Source: an uncultured delta proteobacterium
GTDB taxonomy: Bacteria > Desulfobacterota > Binatia > Binatales > Binataceae
DNA length: 64,000 nt
NCBI GenBank assembly: GCA_963842085.1
Contig: CAWJET010000002.1
Location: forward strand, 320,001 to 384,000
Direction: 5' to 3'
Of this stretch, positions 30,339-41,213 are shown piece after piece (the first letter of the stretch is position 1; the number at the start of each line of letters is the position of its first letter). The notes beneath the pieces are model-generated. The model searched no databases. It saw only the letters and a list, made by a program, of their open reading frames with translations, and was not told the origin of the DNA. The position numbers were made by a program, and so were the translations under genes.

Positions 30339-31163
30339 TCACATCTCGAATGACGGGCCGGAGAAGCCGCTGTCGGGCAGGCCCGCCAGGCGAAAGCGCG
30401 CGTTGCCGGTGTTGATGCCGCCGTCGACGACCATCGCGCTGCCGGTGATCCACTCGGCTTCGTCGCTGGCCAGGAACAGCGCCATCGCGGCGATGTCGTC
30501 GGGTTTGCCCGCGCGCGGAATTGGCTGCATTCTCGCCATCGACTTCTCCGAGCGTTCCTCGCCGCCGGGAATCCCGCGATGTATCAGCGGCGTGTTGACA
30601 CCGCCGGGGCAGATGCAGTTGACGCGAATCCGGTCGTGGCCGACTTCGATCGCGACCGCCTGCGTCAGGTTGACGATCGCAGCCTTGGCCGCGCTGTACG
30701 CGGCCAGATAGCCGACGCCGCGGAGGCCGGCGACCGACGCGGTCGAGATAATTGAGCCGCCGCCCGCCTTGCGCATCTCGGGGATCGAGTACTTCATCCC
30801 CAGGAACGCCGCGCGCAGCAGCACTGCGATGGTGCGGTCCCAGTCGGCGGATTCCACCTTCTCGATCGGCCCGACCGCGCCCGCGACGCCCGCGTTGTTG
30901 AAGATGATATCGAGGCGGCCGTATTCTTTGACCGCGCGCGCGACCGCGGCCTTGATGTCCTGCTCGCTGGTGACGTCGGTGCGCTGAAAGACTGCGCGTC
31001 CGCCGGCGGCGGCGCATTCGGCGACCGCGGTCTCTCCGCCCTGCGCGTTCAAATCGGTAAGGACCACGCTCGCGCCTTCTTTGGCGAAGCGGAGCGCCGT
31101 CGCCCGGCCCATCCCGCTGGCGGCGCCGGTAATCACTGCGACTTTTCCCTGGATTCTGCCCAT
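30339..31163 (-). CDS. SDR-family oxidoreductase (paralog A)
   Basis: TGAASGMG, NNAG, STAS, YSAAK, IRVNCICPG. Confidence 0.93.
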   Translation of the reverse strand: MGRIQGKVAVITGAASGMGRATALRFAKEGASVVLTDLNAQGGETAVAECAAAGGRAVFQRTDVTSEQDIKAAVARAVKEYGRLDIIFNNAGVAGAVGPIEKVESADWDRTIAVLLRAAFLGMKYSIPEMRKAGGGSIISTASVAGLRGVGYLAAYSAAKAAIVNLTQAVAIEVGHDRIRVNCICPGGVNTPLIHRGIPGGEERSEKSMARMQPIPRAGKPDDIAAMALFLASDEAEWITGSAMVVDGGINTGNARFRLAGLPDSGFSGPSFEM

Positions 31164-31282
31164 TGCTGTTCTCCTGCGCGCATCGGTCGCGCGGTGTTCT
31201 TATGTGAATCGCAAAGTGTCAATAGCAATGATTCAGGCAAGTCGGGTAGCCCGCGCATGAGGGACGGCAACGCAAGCACGGT

Positions 31283-31558
31283 CTCTGTCACCCTGACCGA
31301 AGCGATCATTGCGAGCACAGCCTCGGTCATCCTGACGAAGCGAGCGACAGCGAGCGGATGGAAGGATCTCGGACAGCTTCGCCTCAGCGAAGCCGGTACC
31401 GCTTTCGAGTCGCTGCGTCCCCTCTGTAATCCTGACCGAAGCGATCATTGCGAGCACAGCCTCTGTCATCCTGACGAAGCGAGCAACGCGAGCGGCAGGA
31501 AGGATCTCGGACAGCTTCGCGCCAGCGAAGCCGGTACCGGTTTCGAGTCTCCGCGTCC
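31283..31558. repeat. Tandem duplication of a ~138-bp composite REP-like unit
   Basis: 31283-31420 and 31422-31558 align with few mismatches. Each unit has two (T/G)GT(C/A)A(T/C)CCTGA..GAAGCGA heads plus GGAAGGATCTCGGACAGCTTCGC..GCGAAGC. Confidence 0.9.
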
Positions 31559-31584
31559 AACGTTTTTCCGCTCCGAGTCGGGGA

Positions 31585-31775
31585 TGAACTATTCAGCCTG
31601 ACCCCGGCGGATTTTCTGTGCTACGCATACCGCATGACGAATAAGTCAGGCTCTCCGACGGTCGCCGCCTTCAATCCAAACATCGAGCGACGCACGCCGC
31701 CGGAAAAGCTTAATTTTGACGGAACGAAGCCAGCCCTAGTGGGCAACAGTCTCAAAACCACCACATATGGTATGA
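31585..31775 (+). other. Conserved dispersed element, copy A (four blocks plus small ORF start)
   Basis: Blocks TGAACTATTCAGCCTGACC, TGCTACGCATACCG, TTTTGACGGAACGAA and CAAAACCACCACATATGGTATGA are all repeated in reverse complement at 47040-47221. Confidence 0.85.
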
Positions 31776-31831
31776 ATTGCCATTTCCCGTCCCCAGCACT
31801 AGCAGGGAAACGGATCCCAGCGGCGCGATGA
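31634..31831 (+). CDS. Putative leaderless small ORF of element copy A (65 aa)
   Basis: Contains FDGTKPALVGNSLKTTTYGM, shared in frame with the ORF of copy B. Translation unproven. Confidence 0.4.
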   Translation: MTNKSGSPTVAAFNPNIERRTPPEKLNFDGTKPALVGNSLKTTTYGMNCHFPSPALAGKRIPAAR

Positions 31832-31847
31832 TATAATACATGTGGCG

Positions 31848-33971
31848 ATGTTTCCTGAAGATCCCAACGAAAAACACGGTACGGACGAGACTCCGCCAGA
31901 ACCAGCCGCCAGCGAGCCTACCGGCCCTCAGTATGGCTCTTTGATCGACTATCCCAAGGGCGCGCCCGCGTACAGCGACGCTAGTCCCGAGGCGCTTGTG
32001 CTGGACGACGAGTCGGCGTCCGTCGATCAGAAGTTGGCCGCTACTTCGACCGACCCGGGCATCTACCTGCTGCGCGACCGCGCGGGCAAGGTGCTTTATG
32101 TCGGCAAGGCCAAGTCTCTGCGCTCGCGCGTGCGCGCCTACTTCCGCGAGGGGGGAGACGGGCGCTTCCAGGTGCGGTTCCTGATGAAGCGGGTGCGCGA
32201 CTTCGACACGATCGTTACCGCGAGCGAAAAGGAGGCGCTGATCCTCGAGAACAACCTGATCAAGCAGTACAAGCCCAGGTACAACATCCGTCTCAAGGAC
32301 GACAAATCTTACCTGAGCGCGAAGATCACCAATCACGCGTGGCCGCGAATCACCGTCACGCGCAAAATTGTAAAAGATGGCGGCCGCTACTTCGGCCCGT
32401 TCGGCTCGGCCGACGGTCTGCGCGAGACGATCGACGTTATCCGCAAAGTCTTTCCGCTGCGCACCTGCACCGACGCGGTGTTTCGCAATCGCTCGCGGCC
32501 GTGCCTCGAATATCAGATCAAGCGATGCCTCGGGCCGTGCTGCTTGCCGGTCGATCGCGACGAGTACGGGCGCCATCTGCACGCGGCGCAGATGCTGCTC
32601 GAAGGGAAAAACCTCGAGTTGCTGCGCGAGATGCGCGATCAGATGAAGGAGCATGCGTCGCGGCTCGAGTTCGAGCAGGCCGCGCGGATTCGCGACCGCG
32701 TGCGCGCGATCGAAAAAACCGTCGAGCGGCAGACCGTCCTGCATCATTGGGGAATCGACGAGGACGTGTTCGGAATCTACCGCGAGGGCGGCTTTATCGA
32801 GGCGATCGTGCTGATCGTGCGCGGCGGCAAGCTGACCAGCACACAAGGATGGAGCTTCCAGGACCTGGAATTTCCGGTGCACGAAATTCTGTCCGACCTG
32901 CTCACCCAGTACTACTCGGGCGCGCGCAATATTCCCGACGAAGTGATCGTGCCGGTCGAGCTGGAGGACGCCGCCGTGCGCGCGGAGCTGCTCTCGGAGC
33001 GGCGCGGAAAGAAATGCGAAATGTTCCAGCCGCAGCGCGGCGAGAAGCTGCGCCTGCTCGAAATGGCGATGGACAACGCGCGCCAGAGCTTTGCCTCGCG
33101 CCGCGACAACGAAAAGACCCGCGAGCGGATGCTCGAGGATCTGCGCGTCAAGCTCGGCCTGCGTAACACGCCCAAGCGGATGGAGTGCTACGACATCTCG
33201 AATCTGCAAGGCTCGATGGTGGTCGGCTCGCAGGTGACGTTCGACGAAGGCGAGCCGCAAAAGAATCTCTACCGCCGCTACCGGATTCGCAGCTTCGAGG
33301 GCCAGGATGATTTCGCCAGCATGTACGAAGTCCTCAAACGGCGCCTCGAACGCGCGGTGCGCGAGCACGAGTATCCGGATTTGTGGGTGATTGACGGCGG
33401 CAAGGGACAACTGAACGTCGCGCTCGCGGTGCTGCGCGAGTTCAGGCTGCTCGATCAGATCGATTGCGTGTCGCTCGCCAAGCAGCACGTGCTGAACGAC
33501 CGGCGCGAGAAGGAAGTGACCAAATCCGAGGAGCGCGTCTTCATTCCGCGGCGCAAGGATCCGCTCGTGCTGCCGAAGAATTCGACGGCGCTGTTCCTGC
33601 TGGTGCGGATTCGCGACGAGGCGCATCGATTCGCGATCACCTACAACCGCGAACTGAGGCGTCGCGCACGGCTGCGTTCGGTGCTGGACGATATCGAGGG
33701 CGTCGGCCCGGTGCGCCGGCGCGCGATGCTCCGTCATTTCGGGAGTCTCAAGCGGATTCGCGAGGCGACCGTCGATGAGATCGCGGCGGTTAAGGGACTC
33801 AACCGCGAACTCGCCGCCGAAATTCGCCGGCATCTCGACGAAATGACGGCGCTGCTCGACGTCGAAGAATCCGCCGACTCCGCGGATCAGCTGGCTCTTC
33901 CGCTCGATTCATCGGCGGTTCCCGCCGACAACGCCGGCGCGAGAGTCAATGACACGCCCGCACGTGATTGA
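31848..33971 (+). CDS. uvrC: Excinuclease ABC subunit C
   Basis: PGIYL..YVGKAKSLRSRV..EKEALILENNLIK..PRYN, UVR domain LEFEQAARIRD, ECYDISN, DGGKGQ, RDEAHRFA, HhH IEGVGP. Confidence 0.96.
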   Translation: MFPEDPNEKHGTDETPPEPAASEPTGPQYGSLIDYPKGAPAYSDASPEALVLDDESASVDQKLAATSTDPGIYLLRDRAGKVLYVGKAKSLRSRVRAYFREGGDGRFQVRFLMKRVRDFDTIVTASEKEALILENNLIKQYKPRYNIRLKDDKSYLSAKITNHAWPRITVTRKIVKDGGRYFGPFGSADGLRETIDVIRKVFPLRTCTDAVFRNRSRPCLEYQIKRCLGPCCLPVDRDEYGRHLHAAQMLLEGKNLELLREMRDQMKEHASRLEFEQAARIRDRVRAIEKTVERQTVLHHWGIDEDVFGIYREGGFIEAIVLIVRGGKLTSTQGWSFQDLEFPVHEILSDLLTQYYSGARNIPDEVIVPVELEDAAVRAELLSERRGKKCEMFQPQRGEKLRLLEMAMDNARQSFASRRDNEKTRERMLEDLRVKLGLRNTPKRMECYDISNLQGSMVVGSQVTFDEGEPQKNLYRRYRIRSFEGQDDFASMYEVLKRRLERAVREHEYPDLWVIDGGKGQLNVALAVLREFRLLDQIDCVSLAKQHVLNDRREKEVTKSEERVFIPRRKDPLVLPKNSTALFLLVRIRDEAHRFAITYNRELRRRARLRSVLDDIEGVGPVRRRAMLRHFGSLKRIREATVDEIAAVKGLNRELAAEIRRHLDEMTALLDVEESADSADQLALPLDSSAVPADNAGARVNDTPARD

Positions 33972-34123
33972 CGCTAGAGTTCCCTGGAGCACATATCATT
34001 CGTCGCGTTATCTGCCTGTGTCAGCGCATAATCTTTCAGTCAACATTGACCGCACGCCGCCATTGACGCTCACAGGAGGGCGTACCTATCGCCGCGGGAG
34101 CACTTTCCGTAAGACGCGCCGTC

Positions 34124-36742
34124 TTGCGACCGGTCGGGCGCGAGCCGGGCAGGTCCCGCGATATCCTGCCTCCGCTCCCGGCGGTCAGCCTGGTCGAACG
34201 GTTTGCGCCGATCTACGTGGTCGCGTTGGCGGTGGCCGGCGGAGACGCGCTTGGCAATTTTCACGTCGCGATTCCGCTGTGGCTCGCGTCGACGCTTGCC
34301 CTGATCGCGCTCGGCGCGTTTCTCAACTCTCGAAGGACGCTAGGTCTCGGGGCCGCATACCTGGCGATCGCGATGACCGCGAACGTTGCTGCGGCGAACG
34401 TACTCCAGAAGCCGCACGAGCCTCATGGCGTTGCGACGATGGCGGACGGCTCGCGCGTCACCATCGGAGGACGCCTGTATCGCGAGACCGAGCACGAGCC
34501 CTACGGCGAGCGGCTGTACGTTGCGGTCGAACGAGCCGCCAAGCAGGGCGGCACGATGTCGGCGTCGAGCGGCAACGTCCGAGTCGCGGTGGTCGGTGGC
34601 GGTGAGTTCAAGCTGGGTGACGAGATCAGGCTGACTGCGCGGATTCGCTTTCCGCGCAACTACGGCAATCCCGGCGAGTTCGATTACGCGGGCCTGATGG
34701 CGCGCGACGGCATCGACGCGACGATGACCGCGCCGAAGGACTCGCTCGGTTCACCGAGGTTTCAGATTATCGGGCATCGTTCGAGCTTTCCTGCAAGCCA
34801 GATTGAATCGATACGAACCCACATCGGCGAGTTCTTCGATCGGAACCTCGCTTATCCTGAAAACGCCGAAATGCGCGCGCTCGTGATCGGCGATCAGGGC
34901 GAAATCGGCGAGCCGCTTCGGCAGACGTTCGCGCGCACCGGGATGGCGCATCTGCTAGTCATCTCCGGACTGCACCTGAGCATCGTGGCGGCCGCGATGT
35001 TTGCGGTAACGCGGCTTGCGATGATGCTGTTGCCGGGGTTCGCGAACCGCGGTTACGCGAACAAGGTCGCCGCGCTTGCCGCGATGCTCGCGGTAGGCGC
35101 GTACGCCTTGATCGCCGGGCATCGCGTGTCGACGGTGCGCGCGCTGGTGATGGTGCTCGCGTACATGCTGGCCGTGGCAATCGATAGATCGCGCGAGGCG
35201 ATCGCGTCGCTGGCGCTCGCCGCAATCGTGATTTGCATCGCGCTTCCCGGTTCGACCGCCGACATCGGGTTTCAGCTTTCGTTCGCGTCGGTGATTGCGA
35301 TCGTGCTCGGCATGCGCCGGTTTGCCGCGTGGTTCGCGCGCCGCAAGCGCCTGGGCAGGCTTCGCGGCGAACCCGCTTCGTCACGGTGGCGGTTTATTGA
35401 AGTTCCAGCCGGCTACCTCGCGGTCTCGTTCTGGGCGATGGTCGGGACGGCGCCCCTCACCGCGTACCACTTCAACCAGTTTGCTGTGGTCGGCGTGGTC
35501 GCCAACGCCGTAGTGGTGCCGATCATGGCGTTTGGCGCGACGGTCAGCGGACTCGTTGCCGCCGCGATGAGTTTCTTGTCGGAGCCGTTCGCGCGCCGGA
35601 TACTGCTGTTGGGCGCGAACGCGCTCGCAGCCGGCAACTGGCTGGCGGCATGGTTTGTCGATTGGCCGTTGGCGTGGTTCCGTATCTTCACCCCGACAAT
35701 TCTCGAACTCGGAATCGCCTATGCGTTGCTGATGATCTGGTTGCTCGCCCCGCTCGCCGCCGCGATAACCGCGAACCGAACGCGCGACGAGATCGCGGAC
35801 GACACGACAAGCGCGCTCAGATTCGGATGGCGTGCGCGATGCGCCGGTGCGCTGGCTGTCGTGCTGACGGTTGACGCTGGATACTGGACCTACGACCGGT
35901 TCTTCAATCCCGACGTGCGCGTAACGTTCCTGTCGGTCGGGGAGGGCGACGGCGCGGTGGTGCGATTTCCCGGCTCGCGCGTGATGGTGATCGATGCCGG
36001 TGGCTCCTATGGAGGCTTCGACGCGGGCGAGCGAATTGTCGCACCGTATTTGTGGTCGCAAAAAATCATCCGCGTCGACTATCTCGCGCTGAGTCATCCC
36101 GACCTCGACCATTTCGGCGGCCTCGATTTTATCGCGATGAACTTCGCGCCCCGGGCGTTCTGGACTACCGGCGTGCCGAGCCTCGACGTCAGCTACGCAC
36201 GCTTTGTGGGCGACCTCGAGCGCGCCCGGATTCCGATGGTGCAGGTGCGCGATGCGGCTCCGGTCGCGTCGATCGGCGGCGTTGCAATCGCGTCGCTCAA
36301 CGGCGACACCGGCATCGCGAGGACGCACAACAACAGCTCGATGGTGTTGCGATTCAGTTTCGGCAGCGCGTCATTGCTGTTCACCGGCGATATCGAGTCG
36401 GCCGGCGAGCGCGCGATGATCGGGAACCGCGGCGATCTTCGTGCGACGATACTCAAGGTGCCGCATCACGGCAGCGCTACTTCCTCAACGGCGGCGTTCA
36501 TTGCGGCGGTGCATCCGGAGGCCGCGGTAATCTCGGACGGATATTTGAATAAATTTCATTTTCCCGCCGATGCTGTCGTCGAGCGTTACGCCGACGAGGG
36601 CGCATTCTTGTTGCGCACCGACCTCGACGGCGCCGTGACGGTGGATGCCACGCCCGAGCGGATGACGGTGCGGACGTTTCGAGGGCGCCGCGGCGGTTCA
36701 ATTTTCCTGATGCCGGCAGCTGTTGCCGCTGCCCGGCGCTAG
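34124..36742 (+). CDS. comEC: DNA internalization competence protein ComEC/Rec2
   Basis: NPGEFDY, GMAHLLVISGLH, GFQLSF, metallo-beta-lactamase SHPDLDHFGG, NNSS, LKVPHHGS, RTDLDGAV; start uncertain. Confidence 0.92.
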   Translation: MRPVGREPGRSRDILPPLPAVSLVERFAPIYVVALAVAGGDALGNFHVAIPLWLASTLALIALGAFLNSRRTLGLGAAYLAIAMTANVAAANVLQKPHEPHGVATMADGSRVTIGGRLYRETEHEPYGERLYVAVERAAKQGGTMSASSGNVRVAVVGGGEFKLGDEIRLTARIRFPRNYGNPGEFDYAGLMARDGIDATMTAPKDSLGSPRFQIIGHRSSFPASQIESIRTHIGEFFDRNLAYPENAEMRALVIGDQGEIGEPLRQTFARTGMAHLLVISGLHLSIVAAAMFAVTRLAMMLLPGFANRGYANKVAALAAMLAVGAYALIAGHRVSTVRALVMVLAYMLAVAIDRSREAIASLALAAIVICIALPGSTADIGFQLSFASVIAIVLGMRRFAAWFARRKRLGRLRGEPASSRWRFIEVPAGYLAVSFWAMVGTAPLTAYHFNQFAVVGVVANAVVVPIMAFGATVSGLVAAAMSFLSEPFARRILLLGANALAAGNWLAAWFVDWPLAWFRIFTPTILELGIAYALLMIWLLAPLAAAITANRTRDEIADDTTSALRFGWRARCAGALAVVLTVDAGYWTYDRFFNPDVRVTFLSVGEGDGAVVRFPGSRVMVIDAGGSYGGFDAGERIVAPYLWSQKIIRVDYLALSHPDLDHFGGLDFIAMNFAPRAFWTTGVPSLDVSYARFVGDLERARIPMVQVRDAAPVASIGGVAIASLNGDTGIARTHNNSSMVLRFSFGSASLLFTGDIESAGERAMIGNRGDLRATILKVPHHGSATSSTAAFIAAVHPEAAVISDGYLNKFHFPADAVVERYADEGAFLLRTDLDGAVTVDATPERMTVRTFRGRRGGSIFLMPAAVAAARR

Positions 36743-36831
36743 CTGCTGGAGCGCTTAGTCAGAGCGCGGTGTAAAATCAGCGCGCGTTTCTATCGACCCC
36801 GCCCATCACTCTAAGCTACATATGGAGCGAG

Positions 36832-37977
<1,146 letters not shown>

Positions 37978-38002
37978 GGCAAAAATCGGTGAGGACTGTA
38001 CT

Positions 38003-39637
38003 GTGAGCAAGAAGGAGAAATGGCTTGCGACGACCTACAAGCAGGCAAGCGAGCGCCCGGTCCGCTTCTCGACCGTGTCCGACATGGAGCTCGCCCCGCT
38101 CTACACGCCCGACGACCTAACCGGCTCGTACGACGCCGCGCTCGGTAACCCGGGCGAGTTTCCGTACACGCGCGGTGTGTACGGCTCGATGTATCGCGGA
38201 CGCTTGTGGACGATGCGCCAGTTCGCCGGGTTCGGGCTCGCCGAAGACACCAACGCGCGCTTTCACTTCCTGCTCGGCCAGGGCCAGGACGGACTCTCCA
38301 CCGCGTTCGACATGCCGACGCTGATGGGCTACGACGCGGACCACGAACGCGCGCTCGGCGAAGTGGGACGCGAGGGCGTGTCGGTCTCGACGGTCCACGA
38401 CATGGCGGCGCTGTTCGATCGAATCCCGCTCGACCGGGTCACCACCTCGATGACGGTGAACTGCTCGGCGTCGATCCTGCTCGCGATGTACCTGGTGGTG
38501 GCCGAGCGCAACGGAATTCCGTGGGAGCGCGTCGGTGGCACCATTCAGAACGACATGCTCAAGGAGTACATCGCGCAGAAGGAATGGATTTGCCCGCCGC
38601 GCCCGGCGCTGAGAATCGTCACCGACATGATCGAGTTCTGCGCGCGCAAAGTCCCGCGCTGGCACGCGGTGTCGATCTCCGGCTACCACATCCGCGAGGC
38701 CGGCTCGACCGCCGTGCAGGAGCTCGCCTTCACGATTGCCGACGGCATCTGCTACGTCGATGAAGCGGTCAAGCGCGGGATCGCCGTCGACGACTTCGCT
38801 CAGCGGCTCTCGTTTTTCTGGAATCTGCACAACGATTTTCTCGAAGAGGTCGCCAAGCTCCGCGCCGCGCGCCGGATGTGGGCGCGAATCATAAAGGTTC
38901 GTTTTGGCGCGAAGAATCCGAAATCGATGATGCTGCGCACGCATGCGCAAACCGCCGGCGCGTCGCTGACGGCGCAGCAGCCGATCAACAACGTGGTTCG
39001 CGTGGCGATCCAGGCGCTGGCGGGTGTGCTCGGCGGAATCCAGTCGTTGCACACCAATTCGATGGACGAGACGCTCGCGCTACCGACCGAGCAGTCCGTC
39101 ATGGTCGCGCTGCGCACCCAGCAAATCATCGCGGAAGAAACCGGCGTCACGAACACGATCGATCCGTTCGGCGGCAGCTACGCGGTCGAAGCGCTGACGG
39201 ACAGGATGGAACGCGAGGCGAACGACTATATCCGGCGCATCGACGAGATGGGCGGGATGGTCAAGGCAATCGAGACCGGCTATCCACAGCGCGAGATCGC
39301 CGAGGCCGCGTTTCACTTTCAGCGCCAACTCGAGCAGCGAATCAAGACAGTGGTCGGCGTCAACAAGTATTCAATCCCCGAAGAGATTCCGATCGCGACG
39401 CTCAGGATCGATCCGGCGATCGAAGAGCGGCAGATTCAGCGCGTGCGCAAGGTCAAGCGCGAGCGCAATTCCGTCGCGGTCAAGGAAGCGCTCGCGCGAG
39501 TCGCCGAGGCGTGCCGCTCCGGCGAAAACCTGATGGAACCGATTTGCGAGGCGGTGCGCCGCGACGCGACCGTGGGCGAAGTTTCGGATATCTTTCGTGC
39601 CGAGTTCGGTGTGTACACGGACCCGGGCTGGATTTAG
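38003..39637 (+). CDS. icmA: Acyl-CoA mutase large subunit, isobutyryl-CoA mutase type
   Basis: [16 protein letters not shown] (Phe, not Tyr), [14 protein letters not shown] (Gln, not Arg), [13 protein letters not shown]. Confidence 0.78.
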   Translation: MSKKEKWLATTYKQASERPVRFSTVSDMELAPLYTPDDLTGSYDAALGNPGEFPYTRGVYGSMYRGRLWTMRQFAGFGLAEDTNARFHFLLGQGQDGLSTAFDMPTLMGYDADHERALGEVGREGVSVSTVHDMAALFDRIPLDRVTTSMTVNCSASILLAMYLVVAERNGIPWERVGGTIQNDMLKEYIAQKEWICPPRPALRIVTDMIEFCARKVPRWHAVSISGYHIREAGSTAVQELAFTIADGICYVDEAVKRGIAVDDFAQRLSFFWNLHNDFLEEVAKLRAARRMWARIIKVRFGAKNPKSMMLRTHAQTAGASLTAQQPINNVVRVAIQALAGVLGGIQSLHTNSMDETLALPTEQSVMVALRTQQIIAEETGVTNTIDPFGGSYAVEALTDRMEREANDYIRRIDEMGGMVKAIETGYPQREIAEAAFHFQRQLEQRIKTVVGVNKYSIPEEIPIATLRIDPAIEERQIQRVRKVKRERNSVAVKEALARVAEACRSGENLMEPICEAVRRDATVGEVSDIFRAEFGVYTDPGWI

Positions 39638-39640
39638 GCG

Positions 39641-40045
39641 ATGGCGGAAAAGAGACTCAGAATTCTGGTCGCAAAGCCCGGACTCGACGGTCACGATCGC
39701 GGCGCTAAAATTATTGCGCGCGCGCTACGCGACGGCGGTTTCGAGGTCATCTACACCGGGCTGCATCAGACGCCCGAAATGATCGCCGAGGCTGCCGTGC
39801 AGGAAGACGCCGATGCGGTCGGGCTCAGCGTGCTGTCGGGCGCGCACATGACGCTGTTTCCCGAGGTGATGCGCCTGCTGAAGGAGCGCGGCGCCGGCGA
39901 CGTCGCGGTTTTCGGCGGCGGGATCATTCCCGACGACGACGCGGTCAAGCTCAAGGAGATGGGCGTGCGGCAAATCTTCACCCCCGGCGCATCGACGGAA
40001 GACATCGTCAAATGGGTGCGCGAGAATGTCGCGGCCCGCACTTAG
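39641..40045 (+). CDS. icmB: Cobalamin-binding small subunit of the acyl-CoA mutase
   Basis: [26 protein letters not shown]. Confidence 0.85.
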   Translation: MAEKRLRILVAKPGLDGHDRGAKIIARALRDGGFEVIYTGLHQTPEMIAEAAVQEDADAVGLSVLSGAHMTLFPEVMRLLKERGAGDVAVFGGGIIPDDDAVKLKEMGVRQIFTPGASTEDIVKWVRENVAART

Positions 40046-40051
40046 GTTCAA

Positions 40052-41209
40052 ATGAACTTCGATCTGACCGAAGAGCAGCGCCGCATCCGCGAAACGCTGA
40101 CCGACTTCGCCGAGCGCGAGATCAAGCCGCACTCGACAAAGTGGGACAAGGAGGAGACCTTCCCGCGGCATATCGTCGAGCAGCTCGGCCAGCTCGGCTT
40201 TCTCGGGGTCGCGTTTCCGGAAAAATTCGGCGGCGGCGGCGCGGACACCCTGTCACAGGTGCTTGTCGTCGAGGGGCTCTCGCGCTACGACGCGTCGATC
40301 GGGCTGACCTGCGCGGCGCACATGTCGCTCTCGACCGGGCATATCGCGGGGTTCGCATCCGACGAGCAGCGCGAACACTACGTTCCCGCCATGCTCCAGG
40401 CGAAGAAGCTCGGCGCGTGGTGCCTGACCGAGCCGAGCTCCGGTTCGGATGCGGCCGCGATGCGCACGAAGGCGACGCGGGTCGGCGACAACTATTCGAT
40501 CACCGGCTCCAAAATGTTTATCACCAACGGCACGGTCGCCGATGTGTACGTCGTGATGGCGATCACCGATCAGGCGCGCGGGCGCGACGGCGTGTCAGCA
40601 TTCATCGTGGATCGCGGCACGGCGGGACTCTCGAACGGAAAGAAAATCGAGAAGCTGGGGCTGCGCGCGTCCGACACCGCCGAAGTTATCTTCGAAAACG
40701 TCACGGTCCCGGCGCGCAACCTGGTCGGCGAGCTGGGCGCGGGATACAGGCAGACGCTCAAGGTGCTCGAAGCGGGGCGAATCGGAATCGCTGGGTTCGC
40801 GGCGGGAATCGCGCGCGGCGGCTTCGAGGAAGCGCGCGCATACGCGCTCGAACGCGCGCAGTTCGGCAAGAAGATTGCCGAGTTCCAGGCGATTCAATGG
40901 ATGTTCGCCGACATGGCGACTCGAATCGACGCGGCATGGGTACTCATCTGCCGGGCCGCCGCGCTCAGAGATGCGGGCAAGCCGTTCGCGCGCGAGGCGG
41001 CGATGGCGAAGCTGTTCGCGTCCGAGACCGCGATGTGGTCGACGATCAAAGCTGTGCAGATTCACGGCGGCTACGGCTACGTCACCGACTTCCCCGTCGA
41101 GCGCTACATGCGCGACGCCAAGCTCTCCGAAATCGGCGAGGGCACCAGCGAAGTGCAGCGGATGATCATTGCCAAGTCGCTGCTGCGCGACGGCTACCTG
41201 CCCGCTTGA
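40052..41209 (+). CDS. Acyl-CoA dehydrogenase
   Basis: [41 protein letters not shown]. Confidence 0.93.
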   Translation: MNFDLTEEQRRIRETLTDFAEREIKPHSTKWDKEETFPRHIVEQLGQLGFLGVAFPEKFGGGGADTLSQVLVVEGLSRYDASIGLTCAAHMSLSTGHIAGFASDEQREHYVPAMLQAKKLGAWCLTEPSSGSDAAAMRTKATRVGDNYSITGSKMFITNGTVADVYVVMAITDQARGRDGVSAFIVDRGTAGLSNGKKIEKLGLRASDTAEVIFENVTVPARNLVGELGAGYRQTLKVLEAGRIGIAGFAAGIARGGFEEARAYALERAQFGKKIAEFQAIQWMFADMATRIDAAWVLICRAAALRDAGKPFAREAAMAKLFASETAMWSTIKAVQIHGGYGYVTDFPVERYMRDAKLSEIGEGTSEVQRMIIAKSLLRDGYLPA

Positions 41210-41213
41210 TTGG

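Noticed and set aside
31283-31558. Possible CRISPR array; ORFs 31194..31601 and 31233..31469
   Set aside because: Whole units are duplicated with no unique spacers and no cas genes; the ORFs are translations of the repeat.
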